64,000 bases of DNA, from positions 38,483-102,482 of the forward strand of contig JAAOMT010000326.1 of the NCBI GenBank assembly GCA_016748015.1. The letters run 5' to 3'. The stretch's first letter is position 1; every line of letters starts with the position of its first letter. The stretch comes from Geosiphon pyriformis uo1. Its lineage: Eukaryota; Fungi; Glomeromycota. Under the pieces are notes generated by a model. The model did no database searches, was not told the origin of the DNA, and worked only from the letters and a program-made list of their open reading frames with translations. Below, piece by piece: positions 1-14,122 of this stretch. Both the position numbers and the translations under genes were made by a program.

Positions 1-145
1 TAATAAAATATTTTGATTGTTGTTTTATGTAGTTTTGTTTTTTTTGAAATAATTTCTCTTTAAACTATTAAGTATTAATATAATATTGAAGTTGTTTGTA
101 TTTTTATGTGTTTATTTTTTGTTATATTTTTGGGTTAAAATGTTT

Positions 146-3100
146 TTAAATTTGTTTTATTTGTAACAAACCATTAGCATTTCTATTTTTTTTTTTTATA
201 ATGTATGATATAATTAAATATAATAGTTCTATTTTTTATCTTATATGACAATTGTCTCTAAATTCTTATTTTTAAATTAATATTAATTCTTTGTAATTAA
301 TATATACATTAAACTTTTGGCTTAAGTATTTTTTTTATTTAATAACAGCATAATAAATAGTTAAATATTTTAATACTAGAGTTTTATAATTCTTTTTAGT
401 TAAACTCAACTTTGGCTAATATATGCTATTGGATGTTCTCATCTATTAGCTTTTTTTTTACAACAATATGGCTTTTAATGTTTAATCAAATTCATTAGTA
501 ATAATAATAAATAGTTTATTATAATTTGAATAGATTAATACTGAAGCTTAAATAAGCTTTTGCCTTAAAATGTCAAAGGTTTTTTGTTGTATTTTAGTCT
601 ATTTATATTTAATGTTCTTTATTTGAAGCTGGTAGAATAATTAAGCCAGTTTGAAAAAATTTTAGATAAAGCAGCAGTAGTATTTAGCAAATTCTAAAAA
701 TGTTTTTAGTTCTGTTAAGTTTGTTAGTACTGAAAAGTTTTTAACTATTTCGATTTTATCTGAATCTGTTTTGATGTCATTTTTGCTTATAACATGTCCT
801 AAAAACTTGAGCTCAATTTTCCCAAAAAAATACTTGGTAGCATTTAATTTTAGTTTTGTTCTTTTAATTTTTCAAACACTTATTGAAAATAATAGAGATA
901 ATTATTGAATGTTTCTGAAAACACATTGGTGTTATCTAAGTAAACTACTACTAATTTCTATAGCAGTCTAATATAGACAATTTTTATTAGCTATTAGAAG
1001 ATGGCTGGAGCATTAATTAAGCCAAAAAATATAATATCAAATTCAAAATTTTTTTCTCTTGGTCTTCTTTTTGTCAGACAAATTTATAGCTACTTGTTAA
1101 TAACTACTATTTAAGTCCAATGTTAAGAACTATTTTTTTTCTCTAAAAGTATTAAATAACTTTTGAATTCATAGAATTAGATAGCTATCTTTACAAGTTA
1201 TACTGTTAAGCTTTCTATAATTTATACAAAAGTAGATCTTTTTATTTTTTTTTCTGAACAAGTATAATTGGCAATAATTATAAATTTATTGATGGTTGAA
1301 TTAATTTATTTTCTAACATTTTGTTAATTTTCTGTTAAATAATTTCATGGTTGGCTGGTAGTACTTAATATGCATATTGCTTAATTGGTATTGCATTTTT
1401 TGTTTTAATTTGGTACTAGATAATATTAGTTCTTTCAAATTTATTTTTACTAACAAAAATATTAGTAAAATTGTTGAGTAGTAATTTGAGTTGCATATAT
1501 TGAAATAGATCTAAGTTTTCCAAATTTATTTGTTCCAACTGTTTTGGTTGTAGCAAATAACATTCTTTTTGTCTGTATATTTTTGTGATGTAATATCTAC
1601 ATATTCACAAAATTGCAGAAAGTTTGGAATGATAATTGGTAGTTGATTTTTAACTTTAGTGCTTATGTATTTAATGGTAGTTCTACTTGATATTTTTATT
1701 GGGTCTCCAATTATATTGTATATTGAGATTTTGATATGTTTATAATTCTTGGCTAATATGTAAAAATTGATAATACTAATCTCTTTTGACTTATAAATAA
1801 TTGGTTTTATTTCAAAAATTTGGAATTGATCTTTTACTTTCTTTTCTATAATTAATATATACTGAATATATAGTAAAATAGAAATTGATTGATTAGTAGA
1901 GATAATTTCTCCTTTATCAATAATTTTTTTTTGTTATATTAATTAGTACTTTTATTTTACTTGTTGATCCAAATTTCTTTTTCTTTTTTGCTGTTATTCC
2001 TAATTTTTCTTTTGCTTTTACTAATATTAATTGAGCTATTTTTACCAAAAGTAGAAATATTGCTAATGTTATTTTTTTATTTGGTTTAATGATATATGTT
2101 TTTTTTTATTTGTTTTGTAGTATTGCAATGATATTTTCTACATATCTTGTGTCAATTATTTCATTTCTGATATTAATCTCTTTTTTTGCTAAACTAGATT
2201 TAANNNNNNNNNNNNNNNNNNNNTTTTTTTTTTTAGAAATTGAATAAATTATGCACAGTAATGAATTAAAAATAAGATCACAATTGTTATAATATTCAAA
2301 GTTACTGGAAATTAAGCAATGTTTATATAGTTTAGTATTTAATTGTTCTAAATACTGCTTTTGCTTTTCTCAAATAAGTACTAGATCTTGTAATATTTAT
2401 AAAATTGTTTTGGATCATTTAAAATGTTAATAAATACATCTAAGTTGGGAATAAAAATAGTTTTAACAGATTTTGATGAGTTATTTTTAATTATAAGTAT
2501 TTCACTGAGTAAAGTGTCTTCGATTTTGGCACTTGTTATTTTCAGATCACATTTTTATTATGTGAATAACTATTTGAGCATAAAAATACTTGGTTTTATA
2601 CAACATTAAATAGCATTTTTCAGTTTATTTAGTTATTTATAAAGATTGTGTATTAATACAAAGTGTTGCATATTTCTCTTTAACCAGAAATATTATTCCA
2701 CATTTCTTTGTTAAAGTAAAGTTTTTTCATAAATAAAACATGATTTATTGTCCTATTTTCTTTGTCATTTTGAATATCTGAAGCATTTTCTGTACCATGG
2801 TTTGCAATAGTAACAGATATGTATTTAGTAGTCTTTTTCTGACACAATTCAAGCTTTCATAGATAAAAGCTTTTTATTATAATTGATATATCTAAGTGAA
2901 ATATATGGCAATTTTTTTCTTGTATCTAATAAGTATAATATATGCTAACTGTTGACTGATTTTTCTGTGGTAATATTTTGTGGTTTTTTCTCTTTCTTGC
3001 TCTTGTTTTTATTGTTTTAAGAGAGTATTAATAGTAACTCATTGTGGTTGTTATTAGTCTATAAAATTTAGTAGACTTTCCAGGTAGATTTGTTTGTTTT

Positions 3101-5552
3101 TTTTCAAATTTAATTAGTGATTGTGATTAGGTTGTCTTAAAGTAACTGTAAATAGTTGGTATTTGAATATGCTAACCATTTTAACTAAAATAAAACTCTT
3201 ATGTAGTCTAATTGAGTATATTATTGGTCTTAGACAGCTAGTTATTATCAATAAAAACTTGATACTATATGGCTTTCATGACAAAAATTTTGATAAATAC
3301 AATAATGTTATTAACTTTAAAAGAAAAGTTGTTAATTTTGCTAATAAAAGTCTTAATNNNNNNNNNNNNNNNNNNNNCAAGCAATTTGTCTTTTGTGATA
3401 ATAGCAAATAGAATATTATTGGTAAATATTTTCTGGATTTCTAAGTTATTAAATAAATTGTTTGCTGGAGTGGCTAAAAAACTTAAATAGTTCTGAAAAT
3501 TCGAGTTTTGAGTATACTTACTTTCTGAATTTCTTGAATGTGATCCTGATAACTAGTTTAATAAGCTAAAAATTGGTTAGTACATAACTATCACTAATTT
3601 TTAGTTTTGTTGTATGTGAATGATTCTCAATTTTTGGCTTCTATTTAATGTTGACACAGTATTTTGAAGTAGTATTTGAATTTGTTGAAGTTGATAAATT
3701 ATTTGTAATTGTAATTGATATATTATTAATGCTAAAGTTTGATAAACTGGAAGTAAGTATATTAATTGTTGTATTATTAAAGTATAAAGAGATTAATACT
3801 AATATTGTTCTTGATTTAGAGTGTAATTCGAAGTTTAAATTTGGGAATTGGAGTTTCAATATTGATTTTTTAATTATTAATTATTTAATCTGGTTCTACA
3901 ATATATTTTTAGGTGTTCTTGTTTATCACAATAGTGGCAATTATGTGTCTCTTATTGCCATAGTTAATTTGTTGATAATAATAATATTGAATGTAACTGA
4001 TTCTGAAAATAATTAAAATTTCTTTAATTTTTGCAATATTGTAGAGACTGATAAATTGCTTAATTGTTAGTTAAGTATTCCTTAATTTACTGATTGATGG
4101 CTTCACCAAATTGCTTCAATTTGGTATTCAATTTAGATTATCTGTTCATTACTAGATTTACAGCTCAAATGTGATTGGCTTCAAGTTTGGTCAATTCAAA
4201 ATCTCTGGTATATATAACTGTATCTTAAAGAGTATTTGGATACATTGAGCATATTTATTGTAACAAGCTGTTATATAATTCATAAATAAATTAATTTAAA
4301 ATCTGTAATACTGTGAAGTAGTTGGTGTTGATTGCTTAAATTTGGCATAGATTTCTGTAAAAGTGTCTTAAGTAAGTAATAACTGCTTTAATATTATCTT
4401 GCTTAATAGTAGTAAAACTAGTTAACAAATAATTGATATTATTGTTATCACTAAAATACTGAAAAAATGTGGTTTTGAATGTATCAAAATTTTGAGGTTT
4501 GTTTACAAAATTCTAATATTATAAATTAGTAGTGTTTTGTAAAAAATAAAAAATTCTTTAAAAAACTTTATCTTATCTATTGGTTGTAATGGTTTTTGCT
4601 ATATTGTTTAGCTATGCTTAAATATTGTTTTCTTTATTAGTAAACTTTTTAAGTTTTATAATTAGTACATAGATCATTAGTATTAGTAGTAGTTGTTGTT
4701 AAAATTGTAGTTGAAACTATTATTGTACAGTAATTAATACAATTAGTAAATTAATTATAATAATTAGTGATAAGTCTTAGTGAATAATAGAAGCAAAGTT
4801 TGGATTGTTCAGGTATTATAAAACTTGAACAACTAGAATTTGTATTTTTGAGTTATTTAAGATCAAGTTTTGATTATTATTTTACTAATTACTGTTTTTT
4901 TTTCTAATTCAGTATCTTCTTAATGACTAATAGATCTGAAATTTAGTTAAAGTAGTAGTAATTAAAGTCTTAATAGTATTGTTGGTCACAATTTAAATTC
5001 TTCAAAAAAATTGCTATAAATTCTTAATAATTTGGCTTTTTTCTGATTATTTTAGAATAGTATTCTAAATAAGAATGTTTTTGTATTTAATAATAATATG
5101 AATTCAGATAATATGTAAATAGTATTTTCTAATATATAATAGTATAATAGACAAATAAGTAAAATAACTTTTGGTTTTTTCTAAGTAGATAGTTGTATTT
5201 TTCTTGGTGTTTTTGCTGAAGTTTGTAATTTTTTTTTGTTTATAAAAGTAATAAAAAATCTTTCTTGAGTATAATTCTTAATTTCTTGATTTATTTCTGT
5301 AATTAGTAAAGCAAACAAATAATTTTGTAAAAACATGATGTTTTGGAATAATTTATTGTAAAAATTTTTAAGAACAGCTTTTGGATCTTCTTAATTTCTT
5401 AATTAGAATTTAATTTTTTTATTAACATAGAAGTTGAAAGCTAATTTTGTTAATTAATAATTACTTGTTAGTTTAAGATAAATTTGATAATATTGAAATA
5501 AAAATTTTATAAATTCTAAATAATTTTTTTCTATGATTTTTTGGTTTGTTAC
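146..5552 (-). pseudogene. A1 gag-PR-Cys-rich-dUTPase-RT-RNase H pseudogene
   Basis: Homologous to A3 ORF1; many stops; 20-N gaps at 2204-2223 and 3358-3377 remove parts of dUTPase and protease. Confidence 0.8.
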
Positions 5553-5616
5553 TTTTTTAAATAGTTATTATTAATACTGGTTTTTTGTTAAATTATATCT
5601 TACAAAGAGCACCAAA

Positions 5617-6556
5617 TGTTACAGATAATTATTTGAGGTGTTAAAACAAATAACAAACTTGTAACTTGGTGCTTAATAGCTGGGAATATTGGTAATTTTT
5701 AAAAGTTTTGGAATCTAAAAATTTTGGTTAAGTCTTTTATATAATAAACAGAGATTCAATTAGTGGTTTTTTTTGTGAATTTTTTTTTTCAACATGGTGA
5801 CCAATTTATTTTGGCAGTTATGTTCTTTTGATAAGCTATTTTTAAATTTCTATTTTTATTCTTAGATCTTTTACCAGTTATTTTTAATATTAAATACTCA
5901 GTACTTAATTTTTTTATTAATTAATAAACAATAAAAAAACAAAACAAAAAAAAATAAAAGAAAATAAAAAAAATAAAAAAATAAAAATAAAAAATTGGTA
6001 TCTTGTCAATAACCATAATTAAAAGCTATTGGTCTAATGTGATTAAATATTGGATTTTATTAACATAAATTATTGATAGTAGAGAAAATGATTAATATTT
6101 TTTAATTAAATAACAATATTATAGATTTAAATAATAATTGGATAATTTTATTAATATTGATGTGATTCTACTTTAAGTCATAGAAAACTATTTTTTAAAG
6201 AAAGGAGTATAAAATAATTTATTATTTCTAACTTGAATAATATTAAATGCTTTTTTTGTTTCTAATATTTTTACTATATATATATAATTTGTGTTATATA
6301 AAATTTCTTGAAATCTTTCAATTTCTTTAAAAAAAATTCTAAAATTCTGGGATTCTAAAATTCTGTAATTTTTTGAGAAGAATCTTAGAATTCTGAAATT
6401 CTAAAATCTTGTAATTCTTTAAAAAAAATTCTGGAATTCTGAAATTCTGGAATCCTGCAATTTTATAAAAGAAATCCTAGAATTTTTTTTTATTATGTTT
6501 ATTTTTGATTGGTTATTTTATTTACTTATTATAATTCTTAATTTCTATAAATAATA
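5617..6556 (-). repeat. 5' LTR of A1
   Basis: Plus strand starts tgttacagataatt next to the PBS and ends atttctataaataata (decayed ...gagtaaca); same gaattc/ggattc U3 array as the A3 LTRs. Confidence 0.85.
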
Positions 6557-8170
6557 CCATTCTAATATCATTATTGACTAAAATTTTTTTATTGATTGTC
6601 AACTTCCTAGTCTTTTTCAAATTAAACTCAGATGTAAAAGATAATTTAATTATATCAAGAAATTTTGAGAAAGTTAATATTTCTCCAAAACCATTAACAC
6701 AATAGAAAGTTTTTTTTTTTGTCATTAATTTATTAGCAGAAAATTTATCAGACATAACAGAAAGCTCAATATTTAATAGAAAAATTTTGACAAATTAAAA
6801 CTCCATTTTTCTAAAACATATAACTTAATCAATAAAAGTTGGTTAAAGCTATTAAACTTAAATAATAAAAGTATTAAAATGTCTTTGTTATTAATTAAAT
6901 TTACAAATGAAAAAGCTTTTGGTGGTTGATTCAATACATATGTTTAAGTGCAAGTTTTTTACAATATAATATTGTTCATATTCTTATCAATTACTGATAT
7001 ATCTAAATTTACATAACTAGTCTCTTTAACAACTATGTTTTTTATATTTTTTATATTTAATAGATAGTTAATACTACTGGCTTTGCTGACAATTTTTTTA
7101 TTTTAGGATACTATAGGTTTTTTACCAAAAACATTAATATCTTTAAGGCTTAAAGATCTAGTAAAAAAATTAATTATATCAATACTTATATTAGTTTTTT
7201 TCAGCTTTTTGTAAGATACACTACAAGAGTATATACTCTATGCCTACCTTTTTAATACTTAAACATATTTTCAAACCAGTTAAACCTGAATTAAAACTAC
7301 CAGCAAAAAAATTCACCAATTTTATCACAATAAAAAGATGTAAGTTAAAAAAAATAATTAAGAAAAACAAAGAGAAAAAGAAGAAAAAAAGAGCTATTTC
7401 TTCAATAATTCTTACTTTTATTATAACCAAAAAATTAATAAGAGAAGAATTTCTTTTTTTAAGTATTTTTTTTGTTTTTATAATAGATAATAATATATTT
7501 TTTAATTAAATATAAAATAATTTTAATAGTAAAATATTTTAGAAATTTTTTTATGAAGATATTATTATTTTTTTAAAAGTTGTTANNNNNNNNNNNNNNN
7601 NNNNNCTGAATTAAAACTACCAGCAAAAAAATTCACCAATTTTATCACAATAAAAAGATGTAAGTTAAAAAAAATAATTAAGAAAAACAAAGAGAAAAAG
7701 AAGAAAAAAAGAGCTATTTCTTCAATAATTCTTACTTTTATTATAACCAAAAAATTAATAAGAGAAGAATTTCTTTTTTTAAGTATTTTTTTTGTTTTTA
7801 TAATAGATAATAATATATTTTTTAATTAAATATAAAATAATTTTAATAGTAAAATATTTTAGAAATTTTTTTATGAAGATATTATTATTTTTTTAAAAGT
7901 TGTTATTAATATTTTGTTTAAACTTTTTATAAAAGTCTATTTTATGAATTTTAAATTAAATTTTTTTTAATTGTATTTTATTTTTTTGTTTATGCAAAAA
8001 TAGTTAATTATTAATTTAAATTTTTTAAAAGTATTTACATAATAATCTTATAAATTTCAAGTAATTAATTTTTATAAATTTTAATTATGTTTTGTTTTTT
8101 ATAAATTATATTTTACAAAAAACACTAAATATTACAAATAAATAAATAATTATTTAGTTTATAAGTTAAT
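6557..8170 (-). mobile_element. LINE-a: 5' part of ORF1 and probable 5' UTR, interrupted by A1
   Basis: ORF 6522-6755 (VNGFGEILTFSKFLDIIKLSFTSE) is homologous to LINE-c ORF1 (INSFEEAFTLLKFLGIIRAIFTSE); 5' boundary approximate. Confidence 0.65.
7286..7905. other. Exact 300-bp duplication across a 20-N gap (probable scaffolding artefact)
   Basis: 7286-7585 appears identical to 7606-7905, separated only by Ns, in otherwise heavily mutated DNA. Confidence 0.85.
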
Positions 8171-8306
8171 ATTTTTTTATTATTAACATTTTATGAGTGA
8201 AACTCAAATGCTACCTAACACAATACATCAAACTAAATGATCTAAACTAAGTACAAATCATGCTTTTTTTACACATGACCAGTCATTTAAACCAATCAAA
8301 ACAACA

Positions 8307-11300
8307 CTATGAATCTATTTTAATTAATATTACATTATTAATACCAGAAAAAAAATAACATGATTTATAGAAACCAAAACAAATATCAAATGCCTCTATT
8401 ATTTTAAGCAATCTAACAATTCTAATAGAAAGCAAAGATGACAAACCACAAACCATAAGAAATACTGAGTCATTATGCATAATCAAACTTTTCTTCTCTA
8501 TAAATGTCTTATATTTAGTCCTAACTAACTATATATTAGTATGATAAATGGTTTTTATGCTCTGAACAAAATCAACAATACTCTTATTAGTCAATTTTAT
8601 ATTATTTGAAATAGATACTGTTTCTGAAAACCAATTTCTAAACAAAAAGCTCTTGCACAAAACAGTATACAAACTATCATCAAAAATGCATAAAGAGATT
8701 ATTTACAAAACCCAAAACAATAACAGACTTAAACCTGACATTACTAATCTAGATAAGATGCAAGTAGGTTACCATGAATAGCAGAGTCTATTGTATACAC
8801 AAAAAAATAATTAAAACTTTTCACCTCCCTACAATGAAGACATAATACACTTAAGTATCCTTTATTATATAAATATTTGTATATAGCAACTAATAGGTAG
8901 TGGTATACAGTCTTTATAAAATACAAATATAAACTGGCCATATGCTTATTCATAGATCCAGCTGTCATATGAAAGTTAAGATACCAAACAGAAACAGTAT
9001 GAACCCAATCCACATTACCAATAAAGATTGTGTCAATAACTCCAAAACCAGGTTCAATCTCCTAATAAGCACAATATATGGCCCCATAAACATTCCAAGC
9101 AAAGTGGCAAATATTACCAAATACTGTTGTTCTATCTGTCCTAACAAACTTATTATCAACCAGAATGGGAAGCACCAAATTTGAACCAGCAGCCAAACCA
9201 GCCAGCTTGTCAATATGTTCATTGTCTATAACACTAGAATGTTTTTTGACTTTGTACCAAAAAATGTTAAGTCTCTTATTCCTAATAGAAAATACTACTC
9301 TTTGTTGCTCTATTTAATACCAATTGTAGTAATCAGGCAGAACCAAAGCTAACTCAGCAGCACAAGTATCTAGGGCAGATTAACTGTTTGAATACACTAC
9401 AACCAAATTGCCAAAAGAGATACACTTCAGAACCAGAATGATTATCTACAACTCAGCTAATGTAGAGGACACCAATCTGTCAACACCAATTTCAACATCC
9501 AAATTCAGATCAGAGAAATATGCAGCTGTTCTATATTTCATCTTATATGTACCCAAATTTTTTAGAGAACTATCTGTATAAACATTAAAAACATCCAAAC
9601 CAGAAATGACAAGATTCTTTTTAATTTTAGAAATGCTACTAAAATCATATATGGACAAAAAATAGGGAAAAAACATCAGAAAACTTAACAAAAGAAAAGA
9701 ACCAACTCAAAAAATTATGTGCTAAGCTAAACTAACCAGAGACCAAACCTTTGGGATTAAGTCTTTTCTAATAGTAAAATCTTTTCCAATTAAAGATCAA
9801 ATCTTTCTTGTCATATAACTGCTTAACAAAAGTAATTCCAAATCTTTTTAGTAAACATAAAACATTATAAAACATCAAATCTCCCAAAACAAAAGACATC
9901 AGAATACTACCAAAAAAGTAGAAAGTAGACAAAATGATGTTGTTCAAAGACATATTACAATCTAAGAAAATTCTAATTACACCAGCTAAAAAATTGTTTA
10001 CTGAACTGATCCATAGCTTTATAAGTCAACACAAAGAATGAACAGAAGATCAACTTGCAATTTACAAATCCAAAGACCTATAATTAAACAATCTACTAAA
10101 AATCTTACTAGCATTTAAGAATTTTAACACAGAAGTCACCTTGCACTTGGCCTGCAATTGCTTGAAAGATTTTAAGCCATACAACAAAGAATAGTTAAAA
10201 GCTTTATTAGGAAAGTCTCTTGGCAGACCAGCTTTCATTTTTAAACTCTTTTGAATCATTATATCTCACTTAACATACATACTTTTAAAGACAAAACTAA
10301 ACTGAGTTTTATAATTGATTATAGGTTAAAGCACAACTAAGACTAAATAAAAAAACTGCTTGTCCAAGATTGTCTTTTTCAAAACCAAATTGACAAAAAA
10401 CCTAACATTTGAATGAATCTTTGTCATATTTGGTTTGAAACAAACTCTCAAAAAATACTAAGATACCTATGAAACTTCTTTTTTTGGGCAACCAAAATTG
10501 GCAAAACACTAATTAACAATAAAACTTCTTTAATTTTTTGGTTGATAAGAATAGCAACTGTCTTTTCATTATTAATTGAGATATTATTAATCTTAAAAAA
10601 ACTATTTACAATGTTCAAAATGTACTAAGTGGCTGTTTGGCTGCTTTCAATCCAAATTATGTTACTAACAAAAATGCCAACTACAAGAAAAAAAGTTATT
10701 CTACCCTAACTCTCCAACTTATTAGTCTTGGCAATGAATCTAATGTTAATACAATAACTACATAAATCTTCTTGTTGTTTGATCTTATATAACAGAAGAT
10801 TATAAAAGATTTTTCAAAGCAAAGACAAAAAAATCTTGTCCTAATCCAAACCATCATGTACTTAGTACTCATTTGTTAAACCAAAGTTAGTTATAATTCA
10901 ATTGACTCTATTACTATAAATGTTAGCAAAAAAACAAATGAACTATTTATACATCTTAACACAAACCAAACTATTCTTCAGATAAAATTAACTTACAGAA
11001 TTGTAAGCTTTTCTCATATCCTGTAAAACCAGCCAAAGTTTATGGCCTTTTTTTAAAGCATTCTTAACTACCAAACCAACAGCAAAAATAGGAGATTGAG
11101 TGATTGTTTCTTTTAACACAAAGAAATTGTTACTATAAAGAATATTGAATACACTACAAGCTGAAAAAATTTTATCAAAAAGCAATTTAAAGAAAATTTT
11201 CCTAGCAGTTTTAATCAATGCAATTGGCTTAGTGTTAGTTAGAACATCCTCCTATTCATAAAATTTAGGAATTATTAACACTTAAGCTTCTTTTCATAGT

Positions 11301-12973
11301 TGAAATACAAATTTGTACACCAAACAAAGATTTAAAATGTCCAAAAACATAACAAGTACTGAATTATCACAATGTTTCTACAACTCATTCGTAATGTTAA
11401 ACAAACTTGCAGCCTTTCTATTAGGTAGATCTTGATCATACATAACAAATTGTTATAATTAACAGCAGCCATAATCCCAGCAAAAGCACTATTATCTATA
11501 TAATCTAACAACAAGTATTAATATTGCCACAAATTAGGAACACTGTTTAATACAGCTTTTTTTTTTGTTTAATCTTCTATAATAGTATTAATCTTACTTT
11601 TGACATTAACTGAATTAAGAATCAAATTGTCATTTCTAACCAAATAATCCAATACCATCTTACAAAAAAATGCTCTAATACACTTTAGATAGTGTCACTT
11701 TTGTTGACCACAAAACTTTCCATCCATTTGTTAATAACAGATCTAATATCTAATTCCTTAATTCTTAACAATTTAGTAAGTTTGGAGACATAATATGACT
11801 TTTTTATACCAAAAAAAACAGAACACACATGATTAAAATTTACATTAGAATTTACAAGATCCTAAATAAGTAAAATCTTGATACTGTTCAAAAAATTCTA
11901 ATGTTTTATTAAGGAAGCAAACTTGACAACACTCTCATTATAAGAAGCTTTAATAATCTTTAAAACCAAAATTTCCAACTTATGAAACTTAGAAGACTTT
12001 TTGGTAAAAACACTGTTGAAGCCTTTGAACCATTTTTTCTTAAACATCCTGTTAATAAAAAAAGTCTCAATTTTGCAAACAAAATTCTACATAGCATCTA
12101 AATCAAAGAACTTCTTAGAAGTAACAAACTTATCAGAAAACATCATAGCATTGGCAGCCATAGCATCTTTAAAATTGTCTCATTTGCTTTTATCAACATT
12201 TTTAACATCAAACTTTTAACAATCTTTATTTGTCTGTTTGTATAAAGAGTTTAACTGCATATTTAACAAGCCTTCTAAACCTATAGAAACAGAAACAATC
12301 TGATGATCAATGTTAAAATATTTTTCAACATCCTTAACATTATGATTCACTACTGCATTAATCAAGTTTAAAGAAACAAACATGTAATCAATTGTTTTTA
12401 TGATGCCTCTAAAATTCTTCTATGTAGATTTATTTGCAACAGAATGTTAATCAGCAAGTTAACCAACCCCAAACCAAGGCATTTCTTGAAACTAGCACAC
12501 CTGTACAAACCATTTTCATTGAAATCTCTACCCAAAATAACAAAAAAAAATTCATTCACAGTCTTTGCAATTAAAAAGTTGATCTTACCAGCTTGAAAAA
12601 AACACACAGCCAGAAGAGCACCAGTATAAAGTCCCAAAATCAAAACAGATAACTTATTCTTAAAAAACAGCTTAATAAACAAAAGTTTATCAGCAACTTC
12701 TGAAATCTTGCATATATGTTTTGCCAAACCAATGTTCATTATAACTGCAACATTAAAGCCCAGATAACCAAACTCCAAACCAAAAGTAAACACATAAACA
12801 CCATCAAATTTATTCATAATTTATAGACAAATTTTATCTTTTAATTTTGTTTTAGTAATGATGAAAACTAAATTGTTTATTTTTTTGTACTAATAGATAA
12901 TATTCTCTTGCTTAGCAGGATTGTTTATACTCTTAATATTACACATGGCAACTTTTTAAACTAAATAATTTAT
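8307..12973 (-). pseudogene. LINE-b ORF2: APE endonuclease, RT, RNase H, C-terminal Cys motif
   Basis: APE (ETKL-like, GRDFNE, IDY) ~12350-12970; RT LQDMRKAYNSV ~11000-11030; RNase H VYTDSSL...STLAEL 9446-9590; CLHCREV ~8825-8845. Confidence 0.85.
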
Positions 12974-13027
12974 TGGGAAGAGGGTAGGGAAAGTATACTA
13001 CTAGCCAGAATCAAATTATCAAAGTGC

Positions 13028-13144
13028 TATTACAGATAATTATTTAGGGTCTCAAAACAAATAACAAATCTGTAACTTGGTGCTCAATAGCTTAAATAGT
13101 TGGTAATATCTGAAGATTTTAGACAAGTTATTTCTACAAACTAT
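13028..13144 (-). repeat. U5 end of a family A LTR inserted in LINE-b; remainder in the N gap
   Basis: tattacagataattatttagggtctcaaaacaaataacaaatctgtaacttggtgctcaa matches the family A LTR terminus; no PBS adjacent; LINE-b resumes at 13598. Confidence 0.85.
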
Positions 13145-14122
13145 NNNNNNNNNNNNNNNNNNNNNNNNNNNNNNNNNNNNNNNNNNNNNNNNNNNNNNNN
13201 NNNNNNNNNNNNNNNNNNNNNNNNNNNNNNNNNNNNNNNNNNNNNNNNNNNNNNNNNNNNNNNNNNNNNNNNNNNNNNNNNNNNNNNNNNNNNNNNNNNN
13301 NNNNNNNNNNNNNNNNNNNNNNNNNNNNNNNNNNNNNNNNNNNNNNNNNNNNNNNNNNNNNNNNNNNNNNNNNNNNNNNNNNNNNNNNNNNNNNNNNNNN
13401 NNNNNNNNNNNNNNNNNNNNNNNNNNNNNNNNNNNNNNNNNNNNNNNNNNNNNNNNNNNNNNNNNNNNNNNNNNNNNNNNNNNNNNNNNNNNNNNNNNNN
13501 NNNNNNNNNNNNNNNNNNNNNNNNNNNNNNNNNNNNNNNNNNNNNNNNNNNNNNNNNNNNNNNNNNNNNNNNNNNNNNNNNNNNNNNNNNNNNNNNNCAG
13601 TCTTGCCACTAGTAGTCTTACCCAAATTTTTTTCTATTACTATATTACTCATTTGATCTTGTAATAGGAAAGTTACTGACAGCTGACATTTAGAACTAGA
13701 CTAAAAAACTGCCAGCATAAGTGACTTTAATCTCTTAACCAGCTTACCAATTTGTTCTGCAAAGTTGGCAAGACTGCTTTTAATACTAACTAAACATAAC
13801 TCTATTTTACTCATAGCAAGTGGAAGAAGTTTTATTTTTGAAAAAAAACCAGTATTAGCCAAACTATTACATGTAAAAAAGGGAAAAAAAAAGACCCACT
13901 AACAATTTTACTCCAAAAGACACCACCAAAAGAAACAAGATGAGCAACTAAAGCTGACCATCTAACATAAATGGCTGCCAGTCTACTTTTATTAACATTT
14001 AAAAAGACTTTTCTTAACAAGTTATCAGCAAGAATTTTTTTACCAACAACACAGTCCAAGAAAATATGACCTAAGTTTTCATACTTGGTACACTTAGTTG
14101 AAACAAGATAAGACCAGTACAT

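Larger units (their letters stand above)
1..6556 (-). mobile_element. Ty3/gypsy-type LTR retrotransposon, family A copy A1; heavily decayed; runs off the left edge inside the integrase
   Basis: Reverse complement is colinear with A3: LTR, PBS (tttggtgctctttgtaag), gag with CHYCDKQEHLKIYC knuckle (~3895-3945), dUTPase (~1950-2203), RT (~750-1400), RNase H, integrase start at ~115. Confidence 0.9.
8172..14122 (-). mobile_element. LINE-b non-LTR retrotransposon (3' UTR, ORF2, 3' part of ORF1)
   Basis: 3' UTR 8185-8300 matches the LINE-d 3' UTR at 49105-49225; ORF1 knuckle CTKYENLGHIFLDC at ~14055-14095; cut at 14122 by an LTR. Confidence 0.9.
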